DNA of 64,000 nucleotides from Acidobacteriota bacterium (lineage in GTDB: Bacteria > Acidobacteriota > CAIWXX01): assembly GCA_040755995.1 (NCBI GenBank), contig JBFMAF010000055.1:192001-256000 (forward strand), in the 5' to 3' direction. Under the pieces are notes generated by a model. That model ran no database searches, was not told the origin of the DNA, and was given only the letters and a program-made list of their open reading frames with translations. Position numbers and translations under genes: made by a program. Positions 22,565 to 32,553 of this stretch are shown here, one piece after another; the first letter of the stretch is position 1; each line of letters opens with the position of its first letter.

Positions 22565-22846
22565 CGCTCCTCCCCTGATGGTTGCCCACTGTTTCCCTAC
22601 AACCTGCCAGATTGTATGCCAGCGTTTTCGATCGGGCATCACTGGGACCGTGTCTTGAGGTTTCACTTTCCCACGAGATGCGGATTCCTGCCCCGGAGCT
22701 CGAAATGTCATGTGTGTCTCCGGCGACGCCTTGGGCATGGGTCGCTGCAGCCAAGCGTACATGCTCCGGTTGTCTCCGATCCGAGACGATGGCACGTCGC
22801 CGCCCGGGTACTCTTGTGTGGCTCAACAAACCGCCTTTCGATCAGA

Positions 22847-23554
22847 TCACGCGGAATGGGACGCAGCTGAGCGCTCGCTCAGGATCGCCACAACGCGCAT
22901 CATCCCTGCGTTCAGCACAGGGCTCCGTGCGGTCTCCTCGCGCAGCTGCTTCACCGCTGTCGACACGGCCGCCGGGGTCCTGCCGCAGCGACGTGCGATC
23001 GCAGAGACCCCCAACGATGAGAACCGGCGCAGCGCATAGCAGACCAGTCTCCTCTGTCGACGCGGCGTCTCTGCGCTGAAGACGTCCCTCACGGCGGCCT
23101 CAACGGCCTCCGGCGGCGGCGCACCGTGTCGTGCCAGGTGCCTCGCTTCCTGCTTGGCCCTCTGAAGACGGCTCAGGTGAACACACCGTAGTTTCCAAGT
23201 TCCGTCTCGCAGAATCCAGACGTGAGTAAACTCGTATTCCCCACCCACGTCCTGTTCATCGGCATGGCCGACTACTTTCAGTTCCCCGATGGTTATACAG
23301 GCGTGTTCGCAGAGCATCCAGGAGTTTGTTACGGTCGATTGGAATCGGCGAAGGCGAATCACTCGGCTGGTTAAATCGGCAATGGCCTGAGCCTCGGTGA
23401 GTCTGCCGCCTGATGAGCCTGTCAGACAATACTCGTCATCCAGTATTTCGCCCACCACGCCGGCATCGACAGAGCTCATGCCCCGCTCCAGGGCGTTCTC
23501 GCGGTTCAGCACTTCGTCAAGAGCCCTCTTGTTGGCAGGAACTGTCTCATTCAT
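22847..23554 (-). CDS. DUF4440/NTF2-like domain fused to a C-terminal HTH (DnaA_C / RAYT-tail-like)
   Basis: ILDDEYCLTGSSG...FTHVWILRDGTWKL then RRLVCYALRRFSSLGVSAIARRCGRTPAAVSTAV. Confidence 0.65.
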   Translation of the reverse strand: MNETVPANKRALDEVLNRENALERGMSSVDAGVVGEILDDEYCLTGSSGGRLTEAQAIADLTSRVIRLRRFQSTVTNSWMLCEHACITIGELKVVGHADEQDVGGEYEFTHVWILRDGTWKLRCVHLSRLQRAKQEARHLARHGAPPPEAVEAAVRDVFSAETPRRQRRLVCYALRRFSSLGVSAIARRCGRTPAAVSTAVKQLREETARSPVLNAGMMRVVAILSERSAASHSA

Positions 23555-23595
23555 GAAGATGCCTGCTTCGCTCGGGCAGAATGCCGAACCATGTT

Positions 23596-23653
23596 GCCCA
23601 ACGGCCGCCGTCAGTCGCCGCCGAAGGCTGCAGGCTGCCTGCCGTTGTTCGGC
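23596..23653 (-). other. attC site
   Basis: Minus strand GCCGAAC aacggcaggcagcc...ctgacggcggcc GTTGGGC; R'' complements GTTCGGC at the cassette start (24250-24256). Confidence 0.7.
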
Positions 23654-24246
23654 GGCGCCCCCACCGCCCTTTTCGGGGGGCCGAAGTATCGATGTGTGCG
23701 ATGCCGATACGCCTCATAAGCTTCTCCGTAGAGGCGTCCGAGAAGCTCCTCTTCGAGCGGCAGGCAGAGACGGTAACTCAGCCAGAAAACCAGCGCCAGC
23801 AGGAGAACCATTGCCGACCCGCGAACCAACCCGAGGCCCACCAACACGAGAGCCCAACCAACGAACAGCGGGTTCCGGCTCCACCTGTAGATTCCCTCGG
23901 TCACCAGACGCGTGGTATCCAAACCGAACTGGCGCTTGAAACCAAACACGCACGTCGCGCTCAAGTATACCGCCGTCCCCGCAGCAATCAAGGCTATCCC
24001 GCCACCAATGGCCACAGGCCTGAGAAGGCTGAAGTGCCAGGTCGGTTCCACGGCGGCGAGCACTACGAGGCCGAAATGAATCCAGTAGAACGCCATCGCC
24101 GCCGCCACCGTCTGGATGCTGGCACGCAGACGACTCCGGTACTCTGGCCCCAGCCGGCGCCCGATCACCACGCCCAGCACCAACATCAGCGCCAGTCCGA
24201 AGATGAATATCCAAAAAACGGTCACGCCGACCTCACAGCGACTCAA
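23611..24246 (-). CDS. PEMT/isoprenylcysteine carboxyl methyltransferase family protein (cassette)
   Basis: LVTEGIYRWSRNPLFVG...EEELL...YGEAYEAY. Confidence 0.85.
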   Translation of the reverse strand: MSRCEVGVTVFWIFIFGLALMLVLGVVIGRRLGPEYRSRLRASIQTVAAAMAFYWIHFGLVVLAAVEPTWHFSLLRPVAIGGGIALIAAGTAVYLSATCVFGFKRQFGLDTTRLVTEGIYRWSRNPLFVGWALVLVGLGLVRGSAMVLLLALVFWLSYRLCLPLEEELLGRLYGEAYEAYRHRTHRYFGPPKRAVGAPPNNGRQPAAFGGD

Positions 24247-24249
24247 GCG

Positions 24250-24393
24250 GCCGAACGATCATTAGATGGACGTACGAATTCTCCCGCGTTTGCCGGTGTT
24301 GAGCGGTTTGAGTGGTCTCTTGGGTTCCTCTTGTTCCAGATCGTATGTCCTTGCGTTTGTCGAAATCGTGCCCCATCCGAGAGGTCTTGTCAA
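24250..24393 (-). promoter_or_regulatory. Orphan attI/Pc-like site
   Basis: Minus strand TTGACA-17-CACGAT; 9/10 inverted repeat 24268-24277/24341-24350; atctaatgatc-GTTCGGC. Confidence 0.5.
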
Positions 24394-24813
24394 CACTCGT
24401 TGGCGTGCACGGGCGCGCCCCGACGAGGGAACTGGGTGAATCAGATTCAGGCGAGATCGGCTGGAGCGAAAGACGATGCTCTGTGCCGTCCGGCCGCCTA
24501 GCTACGAGGCCGCTCGTTTCTGTCGGCTTCTCATTCGTCGGCAGCGTCACGATCAACCTGCGGAACGCGATCCGGTACCTCCGCAGGCGCGTGTGACCTG
24601 CGCCGCGCCCGCCTACGGCTTCCTCGGGCTGGACCCTCTCATGCGACATGAGAGAGATCGCCATCCATCTCGATTGTGGTGGCACGTCCCATGGCGCAGC
24701 GTTCTCCGTCAGCAACCGCTGAGTATCGAGCGTAGGCTGGAATTCGTTCTCCAAATCGGGCGGCAATCGTTAAGAGTGTCCTGAAGGGCCGGTGGGCTCG
24801 TCCACCGTGGCCT

Positions 24814-25770
24814 TCAACGCCCGAGCAGAGCGAATACCAAGGGAATGCCGATGAGACTCAGAACGATGTTCATGAAGGCGACTGCGGATGCCATCTCACC
24901 CTCGCACTTGTACCTTGTCGCAAAGACCGTGCCCAGCACGGCCGACGGCATGCAGGCGACGAGGACCAGGACGCGACGTTCGAGCGGGTCGATGCCGTAG
25001 ACAATCGCCTGTCCATAGGCCATGAGGGGCTCGATGACTAGTTGGAGCAGAACGGAAATCACGAGCATCGGGAAGAGCCCTTGAGGCGACTTCACCTCCA
25101 TCTGGAGCCCGAGGATCAGGCAGCTCAGGGCTGCGAGCGCGCCGCTGATCATCTGGAACGCCTGGAGGACAGGCTGGAGCAGGGGGGCGTCCAGCGGCGG
25201 GCGGAGCGTTCCCAGTACCAGGCCCAGGGCGACGGCGAGGAAGATCGGTGAGCGCACGTAGCGGAGTGCTGCGTCCTTCAAGCTCGTGCGCTCGTGCTCC
25301 CACTCCCCGAACTGCATGGCCACAATCGGGCAGATCGTGAAGATAGGCAGGCCTACGGCCACCTCGCTGATGAGGATGGCGTAGGTCAGAGCCTCCGGGT
25401 TGTCCGGGAAAGCGAACTGGACGATCGGGTAGCCCAGGAGAGAGCTGGAGCCGAATGAGGAGACAATCATGAGAGCGCCGGTCCTGGGGCGGGAGAAGTG
25501 CATCATGCCCGCCAGCCAATGGGCCGCGGCCAGGTTCACGCACCCGGCCACGAACATGGCCAGAACCGCGAGCAGGTGCCTGCTGCTCGGAGGATGCTGG
25601 ATGAGCTGCGAGAAGATCACGACGGGCAAGACCGCCTGTGTGAGGAGCCTGGCGAAGACCTCTGCGTCCTGCTTCCGGAGCACGCCGCGATTCCTCAGCA
25701 GAGCCGAGAAGCCCACGACCAAGGCGAACGCGAGCACCGTGACGGCGATCTGAAGATGTCCTGTCAGCAT
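24814..25770 (-). CDS. AEC (auxin efflux carrier) family transporter
   Basis: About 10 TM segments; FGSSSLLGYPI, RSPIFLA, ACMPSA. Confidence 0.85.
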   Translation of the reverse strand: MLTGHLQIAVTVLAFALVVGFSALLRNRGVLRKQDAEVFARLLTQAVLPVVIFSQLIQHPPSSRHLLAVLAMFVAGCVNLAAAHWLAGMMHFSRPRTGALMIVSSFGSSSLLGYPIVQFAFPDNPEALTYAILISEVAVGLPIFTICPIVAMQFGEWEHERTSLKDAALRYVRSPIFLAVALGLVLGTLRPPLDAPLLQPVLQAFQMISGALAALSCLILGLQMEVKSPQGLFPMLVISVLLQLVIEPLMAYGQAIVYGIDPLERRVLVLVACMPSAVLGTVFATRYKCEGEMASAVAFMNIVLSLIGIPLVFALLGR

Positions 25771-25810
25771 GGCCTGCGCACGAGATCCTAAGGTGAGACG
25801 CAGGTCCGCG

Positions 25811-26014
25811 TCAAACCCCGAGAGTATTCCGTGTTTGACGCTCCCACCGGGATTGGTACTCGTGAAGTGTCTGTGCGAACTGGTCAAGCGAGTTGAGGCA
25901 CAACATGTTGGCATCGATGGCAAAAGCATAGAACGTCTCGCTCGGATGGTCGCGGGCGAAACGCTCAATGCTGGAACGGCAGTAGTCGAGAAGCTTGTCA
26001 ACCTCGAACGCCAT
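25811..26014 (-). pseudogene. Truncated DUF4303-like protein
   Basis: FARDHPSETFYAFAIDANMLCLNS; only about 67 aa. Confidence 0.45.
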
Positions 26015-26132
26015 TATTGTCCCGGACCCTTGACAAGCAACAAGACTGTTGCTATCCTGGAAGTCGAGTAGCAACAGAATTGTTGCTTCTGATGCGATCC
26101 ATGGGAGACGTCATCGATAGGAGGTTCATGCG

Positions 26133-27359
26133 ATGGCAACTCGAAGCATTGCGGGTGGCGTGCCGGAACCGGAGGAGTTGATCGGCCGGCAGCACACAAT
26201 CGAGTTTATCTGGGAGCAACTGGCTGCCAACAACGTCCTATTGGTCGCTCCGAGGAGGTTTGGTAAGACAGGGGTCATGGGGCACCTGTTGAAACGTCCC
26301 CGCTCCGGGTACCTTCCCATTTACCTCGATGTCGAAGAACTTGAAGATCCCGATCGCTTTGCCGCCGCCCTGATCGCTGCGCTTCTGGAGCAGAGTGAAC
26401 TGCGGGCGCTTGTTTGTGGAATCAAGGGCCTTCCGACGAGGGTTGTGGACTTCATCAGCGGGCACATTGGGCACGTCAAGGCCGATGTATTCGAGATTGA
26501 ACTGAAGGACGTTGTGAAGGATTCCTGGGGTGTTGTGACTCGTACCCTGGTGCTTGAGATGGAGAAGGCAACTGAAACGGTCCTCTTCGTCATTGATGAG
26601 TTTCCGCAGTTTGTTGAGAACCTCGGTCGTAAACACGGGGACGACTCCGCGAGGCAGTTCCTCCAATGGTTCCGGTCACTTCGGATGCATCAGAAGGATC
26701 GTCTGCGTCGCTACCGCTTTGTGCTGGGCGGTTCGACAGGCATCGACATGATCTTGCGTCGCCTCGACGTACCCGACAAGCTGAACGACTTCTTTCGTGT
26801 CCCCATTGAAGCTCTCAGTCCTGAAGCGGCGAAGGACCTCCTGAACAATCTCGCCATGAGTTACGATGTCCGTTTCACGGATGAAGGGCGCGCGGTTCTC
26901 TTCGAGTTAATCTCTCCGCCCGTTCCCTACTTCCTCCAATTGCTGGCCTCACAGATTCGGATGGATGAGAAGCTGAAGGGGAAAGAGCTTACGGCGGATG
27001 ACGTCCGTGACGTCTACTCCCGTCGTCTTCTCGGCCCTACCTGCCGTGCCTACTTCGATTATTACCACAGGCGCCTCAAACGCTATGGCGCGCCTGGTGA
27101 ACGTGCGGCGTTGGCCATCCTGCAGGAGATCTCAAGCGCGCCAGGGGGACGCGTTTCGAACAGCATGCTCTACGACGTCTATCGCAAGACCCGCAAGCGA
27201 GGGGCGTCCAATTTCGAATTCGACGATATCATGGCCGACCTGGAAACGGACTGGTATGTTCTGCTCGATACGAAAACCAACGAGTACGGCTTCCTGCTGA
27301 ATGTGATCAGGGACTGGTGGCAACGCTTCCACCGAACGCTTCGCGTGAAGGGAAAGTAG
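26133..27359 (+). CDS. STAND/AAA-like P-loop ATPase
   Basis: LIGR, APRRFGKT, FVIDEFP, VLGGS, PYFLQ. Confidence 0.85.
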   Translation: MATRSIAGGVPEPEELIGRQHTIEFIWEQLAANNVLLVAPRRFGKTGVMGHLLKRPRSGYLPIYLDVEELEDPDRFAAALIAALLEQSELRALVCGIKGLPTRVVDFISGHIGHVKADVFEIELKDVVKDSWGVVTRTLVLEMEKATETVLFVIDEFPQFVENLGRKHGDDSARQFLQWFRSLRMHQKDRLRRYRFVLGGSTGIDMILRRLDVPDKLNDFFRVPIEALSPEAAKDLLNNLAMSYDVRFTDEGRAVLFELISPPVPYFLQLLASQIRMDEKLKGKELTADDVRDVYSRRLLGPTCRAYFDYYHRRLKRYGAPGERAALAILQEISSAPGGRVSNSMLYDVYRKTRKRGASNFEFDDIMADLETDWYVLLDTKTNEYGFLLNVIRDWWQRFHRTLRVKGK

Positions 27360-27370
27360 CAGGCGACTCG

Positions 27371-29899
27371 ATGGCGTACGCGCGACTGGCATACGACCCT
27401 TGGGAGATTCCACCAGAGGAGCGCAGGGCCACTCTTGTAGGACGCGAAGCGTTGCTACAGCAACTTCTGTCGGCTGTCCGTGAGCAAGAGGGTCATCGGA
27501 CCATTCAACACTATCTGCTGCTGGGACCCCGTGGGATAGGCAAGACAACGGTTCTGCTCACCTTGCGCGACCGAGTTCGCGAAGATCCACATCTATCGAA
27601 GCGCTGGTTCTGCGTCCAGCTTCGCGAGGAGGAGTATTTCATCCGCACGTTGCGGGACCTGTTGGACCTCACACTACAGGCACTAGCGAGCGATGAGAAC
27701 CTGCCCGAAGCGTCTGATCTCGCGCAACGGGTGCACGACGAACATGACGGCGAAAGGAGCCGCGCGATTGCAGTCGATGGGCTGCGCACCATTTCCAAGA
27801 TGCACGACAAACGGATACTGCTCCTCATCGACAACTTCGACCAGGTCTTCCCCCGGACCCCTACTGGTCGCAGGAAGACGCGTTCGGCCCAGAACGAGTA
27901 CCGAGCCTTTCGCAAACTCCTCAGCGGCGAGAGTTCCATCATGGTCATCGGAGCTTCGGTCTGCCTCTTCGAGGAAATCGCCGCCTACGACCAGGCGTTC
28001 TTCAATTTCTTCTGTCCCGTCGACATTCCGAATCTGACTGACGATGAGATCTGCGAGCTTCTACGGAAGCGAGCCGAGGCGGATGCGAACCCCGGGTTTG
28101 TGCAGAACTTCGAGGAGGTCAAAGACAAGGTACGGGCAATCACGTACATCACCGGCGGCAACCCACGCCTGGTCCTGATGCTTTACGACGTGCTTCGCCA
28201 GCGCGAGATGCTGCCCGTAGTTCAGGCCCTCCGCGAGACCGTCGGCAGCCTCACCCCCATGCTCAAGCACGTCCTGGACGACATGCCCCGCCAGCAAAGC
28301 AAGACGCTCGATGCCCTTGTACGTCTTGGAGGCGCCGCCTCGCCTAGCAACATTTCCAGGTTGGCGCGCCTGCCGCTCAACGTGGTGACTGCCCAGTTGG
28401 GCCGACTGAGGGATGCCAGATTCGTATCGGTTGAGGGCCAGGGAAAGGGGAAGCCTGCGACCTACCGGGTCTCGGACCCGATGTTCCGAACCTGGTACCA
28501 GATGCGCTACCTTCGGCCGGCTGGACGGCGCATCGAGCTCTTCGTCGAGTTCCTTCGTGTCTGGTTCTCAGTGGAAGATCGCAGGCGATTCCTGGAAGAG
28601 CGCTGGCAGCAATTCCAGACTTGTGTTGACGGTGGCCCCCATGCACGCCTCGCCGAAGTCAGTCTCGGAATCGAGTACTTCGCAGCGAGTCTGGAGGACC
28701 AGCATGAACGTCGGGCGCAGTTCGAGCGGCTCGCCGACGGTGTGTTCGAGGCAGGACGCAGCCAGCAGGCGGCGCGCCTACTTGCAGAATTCGCAACCCC
28801 CGCCGCCATGTCGGAAGCGAGCTATGAAGCGACGGGATACCGCATGTTGGGTGACAGGCTCATTGACAAAGGAGACCTCGCAAGAGCTATCGAGACCTAC
28901 AGTGCAGCGCTGGAAAGGGATCCGCAGAACGTGGAAGCCCGCATCTGTCTGGGGCTTTCATTAGGGCGCTCTGGAGATCATTCAAGGGCCAAGGAAGAGT
29001 TGGACAAGGTGATTAGTAACCCAGCCCTTCGGAATGGCACTCTCTCGAGCGCGCTCCTCAACCGGGCCGTCGCCGAGTGGGCCTTGGGTGACCGGGAGGG
29101 CGCGATTGCCGATTACACTGCTGTAGTGGAGCTGCCAGGGGCAGCGCCCGGGCAGGTGGCCACAGCGCTCGTCGGGCGGGGTTTGGCCAAGCAAGCCTTG
29201 GGTAACGATCACGGAGCCGTATTCGACTACACGGCTGCAGTGGAGCTGCCGGAGGCCTCAGCCAAGCACGTGGCCCTCGCACTCGCCAGCCGGGCTCACG
29301 CCAAGAGGGTCTTGCGCGACACCCAGGGGGCGATTGGGGACTACACAGGCGTCGCGGAGTTGCCGGGCGCCACGCTGGAGCAGATCGCCCAAGCGCTGCT
29401 CGCGCGGGGTGTTGCGCTAGCGCAACTTGGCAGGAGGACGGATGCGATTCGAGATTTCGAGCGGTGCACGGAACTCAAGACCGATGCTGATTCTGTTTAC
29501 AGAGCGTTTGCCTTGCAGATGAAGGCTTACTTGACGGACGGCGGACTCCAAGAGGCGACAGAATGTATTTCAAGACTGCATAAGATCGAACCGGAGAGTG
29601 CGCCGTTGGAGGAGCGCCTCGAAGCCAGGGTGAGGGCGATCATCAGTGCCGGGCGCGAGCACTCGCTCGATTCCGCATCGACGGTCCTTGAGGCAGCGAT
29701 GCACCACGATCCGGATGCCATCCGTGAACATCTGGCGTTCCTGCAGCCAGCCATCGAGCTGGCCAGAACGGGCAGTGAGCAGGTCATTGCCGCATTGCCG
29801 GACCAGGAGCGTGAGCTCGCGAAACAGATTGCGGCGGTCCTTGTCCGAAAGGCAGGCCAAGACGGTACTCTGGACCCGAACAGCGAGAAGCAGCCGTAA
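27371..29899 (+). CDS. STAND-like ATPase with winged HTH and TPR repeats
   Basis: LVGRE, GPRGIGKT, LLIDNFD, TGGNPR, then repeated GAIADYTAVVEL-type TPRs. Confidence 0.85.
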   Translation: MAYARLAYDPWEIPPEERRATLVGREALLQQLLSAVREQEGHRTIQHYLLLGPRGIGKTTVLLTLRDRVREDPHLSKRWFCVQLREEEYFIRTLRDLLDLTLQALASDENLPEASDLAQRVHDEHDGERSRAIAVDGLRTISKMHDKRILLLIDNFDQVFPRTPTGRRKTRSAQNEYRAFRKLLSGESSIMVIGASVCLFEEIAAYDQAFFNFFCPVDIPNLTDDEICELLRKRAEADANPGFVQNFEEVKDKVRAITYITGGNPRLVLMLYDVLRQREMLPVVQALRETVGSLTPMLKHVLDDMPRQQSKTLDALVRLGGAASPSNISRLARLPLNVVTAQLGRLRDARFVSVEGQGKGKPATYRVSDPMFRTWYQMRYLRPAGRRIELFVEFLRVWFSVEDRRRFLEERWQQFQTCVDGGPHARLAEVSLGIEYFAASLEDQHERRAQFERLADGVFEAGRSQQAARLLAEFATPAAMSEASYEATGYRMLGDRLIDKGDLARAIETYSAALERDPQNVEARICLGLSLGRSGDHSRAKEELDKVISNPALRNGTLSSALLNRAVAEWALGDREGAIADYTAVVELPGAAPGQVATALVGRGLAKQALGNDHGAVFDYTAAVELPEASAKHVALALASRAHAKRVLRDTQGAIGDYTGVAELPGATLEQIAQALLARGVALAQLGRRTDAIRDFERCTELKTDADSVYRAFALQMKAYLTDGGLQEATECISRLHKIEPESAPLEERLEARVRAIISAGREHSLDSASTVLEAAMHHDPDAIREHLAFLQPAIELARTGSEQVIAALPDQERELAKQIAAVLVRKAGQDGTLDPNSEKQP

Positions 29900-29952
29900 G
29901 AGCCACTAGGCATTGGCACGGAAGGTGCCGACGGGGTGGTTTCGGCAGTCTT

Positions 29953-30674
29953 GGATCCGCTCAATCCTGGTTCAGCGGTTGATCGCGGTTCCCTTCAAGC
30001 AACTCTACTCACCGAACGGGATGCAGTGGCTCCGGCCCCTGGCACTGGAGCGAGATGACCGGCAGGCGATCGACAGCGAGCTCAGGCTCCTCGATTCAAT
30101 CGAGCACGAGATTCGCGAGATGGAGCAGACACTCATTCAAGCAGCATGGCAGGAGGATCGAGCTCGACTGTTGATGACGCTGTCCGGGATCGACTTCTGC
30201 GGTGCTCAGTCACTGATGGCGACGATGGGAAATCTCAGGCGGTTCGAGGACGGGGACCACTTCGCAAGTTATCTCGGGTTGGTGCCGTCGACGCGGGCGT
30301 CGGCAGATCACTGTTACCACGGGCCGATCACGAAGCAGGGGCGGAGTCATACCCGATGGATGTTGATTCAGGCCGCACAGCACGTGGCCGATCATCCCGG
30401 GACCGTTGGGACAGTTCTTCCGGCGGCTGCTCAAGAAGAAGAATCGTAACATCGCCGCCGTGGCGGTGGCGAGGAAGCTGGGCGTGATCGCGTACCACAT
30501 GCTCAAGAACAACGAGCCCTACCGGTACGCACTGCCGGATTCAACCGGGCAAGAGCCGGCGCAACTCCGATCCCAGGCGACAGGCCAAAGGCGTCTGCGA
30601 AGAGGAGACCAGCGCTGGGGGCCACCACGCCCCCCAGTGGCCGATCACCAGAGCTGCAATCCTCAGAGGTATTC
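29953..30674 (+). mobile_element. IS110/IS1111-family remnant, copy 1 (5'-truncated, frameshifted, internal deletion; right end at attC R'')
   Basis: HFASYLGLVP...GPITKQGRSHTRWMLIQAA, VAVARKL; ends cctcagaggtattc|GTTGGGC. Confidence 0.88.
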
Positions 30675-30693
30675 GTTGGGCCCCGCCCCACTT

Positions 30694-31197
30694 CTAGAAG
30701 TAGACGATCTCGCCAGTGGGGATGTAGCACCTGATGTAGGACCGCGTGCTTTCCGGGAATCGGTCGCTGAGAGGATGAAGCCGTTCCTCGATGACCGGGC
30801 CGAGATCTACGCGGGTCGGTACCTGTACCGCGAATTCGCGAATGCCGTAACTGTCTCGGGTGTAGTCACGTATCAGGGTGAGCTCGCCGTTCCTGACCAG
30901 GATTGTCATTCCGATCGGGGTGCCTTCCACGGAGCCGACTGTTGTGGAAAGGCCGAAAGAACCCCTGCCCGAGAGATACACATCGAGGAAGCGTTGGCGC
31001 TGAGCAGACTCGGATGAGGTTGACAGACGTTCAATGGCCGGATCATGAAGGGCAGCGGGTGTTCGGAAGGTACGATGGTATAGACCCTTGGCCGGGCCGT
31101 AGAACTGCGTGGCAGAGACGAGCACCAGGAAGAGAGCTGCTAGTAGGACCGCAGAAACGGCGAGGAGGATTCGGTATGACTTCGGGAGGGCTGCCAT
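30694..31197 (-). CDS. Hypothetical membrane-anchored cassette protein (copy A)
   Basis: N-terminal TM; near-identical to 33569..34069; GTTAGGC core before it, GCCCAAC after it. Confidence 0.75.
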   Translation of the reverse strand: MAALPKSYRILLAVSAVLLAALFLVLVSATQFYGPAKGLYHRTFRTPAALHDPAIERLSTSSESAQRQRFLDVYLSGRGSFGLSTTVGSVEGTPIGMTILVRNGELTLIRDYTRDSYGIREFAVQVPTRVDLGPVIEERLHPLSDRFPESTRSYIRCYIPTGEIVYF

Positions 31198-31210
31198 GTA
31201 TGCCTGCGCG

Positions 31211-31289
31211 GCCTAACGGATAAGGAGTTCAGCGGCGGCAGGGCTGGCCGCAGGCCAGACCTGACGTCCGCTGAAACGACGTGTCAGCC
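31211..31289 (-). other. attC site
   Basis: GGCTGAC acgtc gtttcagc...gctgaac tccttatcc GTTAGGC. Confidence 0.85.
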
Positions 31290-31811
31290 GACACGAGACG
31301 GACCGTCGGATGCGAGATTCGCAGCGACCCACGCTGCCTCGTTCGTGCCGGGTGTGAAGGAAAGATGCGGCTCGTCGGCATCCGGAGCTTCGAAGCGACG
31401 AGCGAGCTCGAGAAGCACCGCTTCGGTCACGCGCGGTCGCACCAATGTTGCCTCGTTCTCGCGCAATCGGCTGAGCGCCAGCGAGAGCGGTGCGTCGACG
31501 TAGACGACGAGACACTTCACCCCAAATCCGCTCGCAAGAGCACGATAGTCGTCGCGGAGAAAGCGAAAACAGTTTGTGTCGTCGACTACCACCGGGGCGC
31601 CGCGGGCGACCACATCCTCGGCTTTGCGAAGAGCTGTCTGGTGCGCCTCGGCCCAGACGGCGTCAGGGACGCCTAGACCGCCGTGGAGTCCCCGTCTCTC
31701 GTTGATGGCGTCGAGGCTCACGAGCACCGCACCCGTACGAGATGCGATGGCGCGAGCCAGAGTCGACTTACCCGCGAACGCGAGGCCGCAAAGCAGATAG
31801 ATACACACCAT
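31284..31811 (-). CDS. AAA_33 / predicted kinase (cassette)
   Basis: LLCGLAFAGKST, VSLDAI, VVDDTN. Confidence 0.85.
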   Translation of the reverse strand: MVCIYLLCGLAFAGKSTLARAIASRTGAVLVSLDAINERRGLHGGLGVPDAVWAEAHQTALRKAEDVVARGAPVVVDDTNCFRFLRDDYRALASGFGVKCLVVYVDAPLSLALSRLRENEATLVRPRVTEAVLLELARRFEAPDADEPHLSFTPGTNEAAWVAANLASDGPSRVG

Positions 31812-31823
31812 GGTGAGCGTGTC

Positions 31824-31842
31824 GGCTAACGGCTTGTTAGCC
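31824..31842 (-). other. Collapsed 19-bp attC (R'' and R' only)
   Basis: GGCTAAC aagcc GTTAGCC between two cassette genes. Confidence 0.7.
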
Positions 31843-31849
31843 GCTGGCC

Positions 31850-32287
31850 TCATACGAAGACCTTCTCCGGAAACGAGTTGTGAGGCACCGTTCTCTGCAG
31901 CCTCCCCTTCGAACCGCTGACACGGCAGCTACCTCCCTGGGGCAGTTCAACGCGGATGCTCTGCTGCGAGCCCGCGGTGACGTCAATGACCTGGTCGAAC
32001 TCATCGACGTTGAGAGCGCAGATCGTCGTATGACCGCAGACCAGGCACACAAACACTCGATTACCGGCCGATTTGGCCTTCGCGAGGGCCGACAGCTCGT
32101 CTGGCGCGAAGACGAACTGCCAAGGTGACCGCTTGGTCTTTCGGTACTTCGTGAACACCTGCCGATCCGTGTTCACGAGATAGTGCCCGTAGCGCTTGGA
32201 TGCTCGGTTGAGCGCCTTGAAGGAGGGATGCTCGACGATCTGCATCAAGGCGGGGCCGTGGTAGACATCCTGCTCCTGGATCTTCAT
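31850..32287 (-). CDS. Hypothetical cassette protein, first after an attI-like site
   Basis: 145 aa, AAGGAG RBS; follows the GTTCGCC core. Confidence 0.8.
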   Translation of the reverse strand: MKIQEQDVYHGPALMQIVEHPSFKALNRASKRYGHYLVNTDRQVFTKYRKTKRSPWQFVFAPDELSALAKAKSAGNRVFVCLVCGHTTICALNVDEFDQVIDVTAGSQQSIRVELPQGGSCRVSGSKGRLQRTVPHNSFPEKVFV

Positions 32288-32309
32288 GCGCAGCTCCTTT
32301 CGTCCATGC

Positions 32310-32465
32310 GGCGAACCAATGTCTAGATGCTTTCCGGATAAACCCGGTTTCTTGCCCTTCCTTCCAGATGATACGCCGCGTAAGAAACCGCGTCAACTTG
32401 TTTGCCATCAAGGACTTGCGGAACTCTTGAGGCCTTTCCAGCTTCTTGGATGGTTTCCGCATAGC
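32310..32465 (-). promoter_or_regulatory. attI/Pc-like site (type 2) downstream of an intI tail
   Basis: tatgcggaaacc...TTGACG-17-TATCAT...tatccggaaagcatctagacattg-GTTCGCC. Confidence 0.65.
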
Positions 32466-32482
32466 ATGAATCGCTTCTTTCC

Positions 32483-32553
32483 TCACAGGGTGTCCGCTGG
32501 GCTTGGGGCCTCGCGGACTCAGAACGTCTGTATTGATAGTGCTGGTCCGGAAC
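32483..32553 (-). pseudogene. intI: Highly eroded integron integrase C-terminal tail
   Basis: RTSTINTDVLS...(frameshift) SPADTL* resembles [12 protein letters not shown]...SPAD. Confidence 0.55.

Noticed and set aside
30406..31017. 203-aa + strand ORFs (also 33281-33892) as novel fusion proteins
   Set aside because: Read-through from the deleted IS into the antisense strand of a cassette gene; conserved only because of the duplication.
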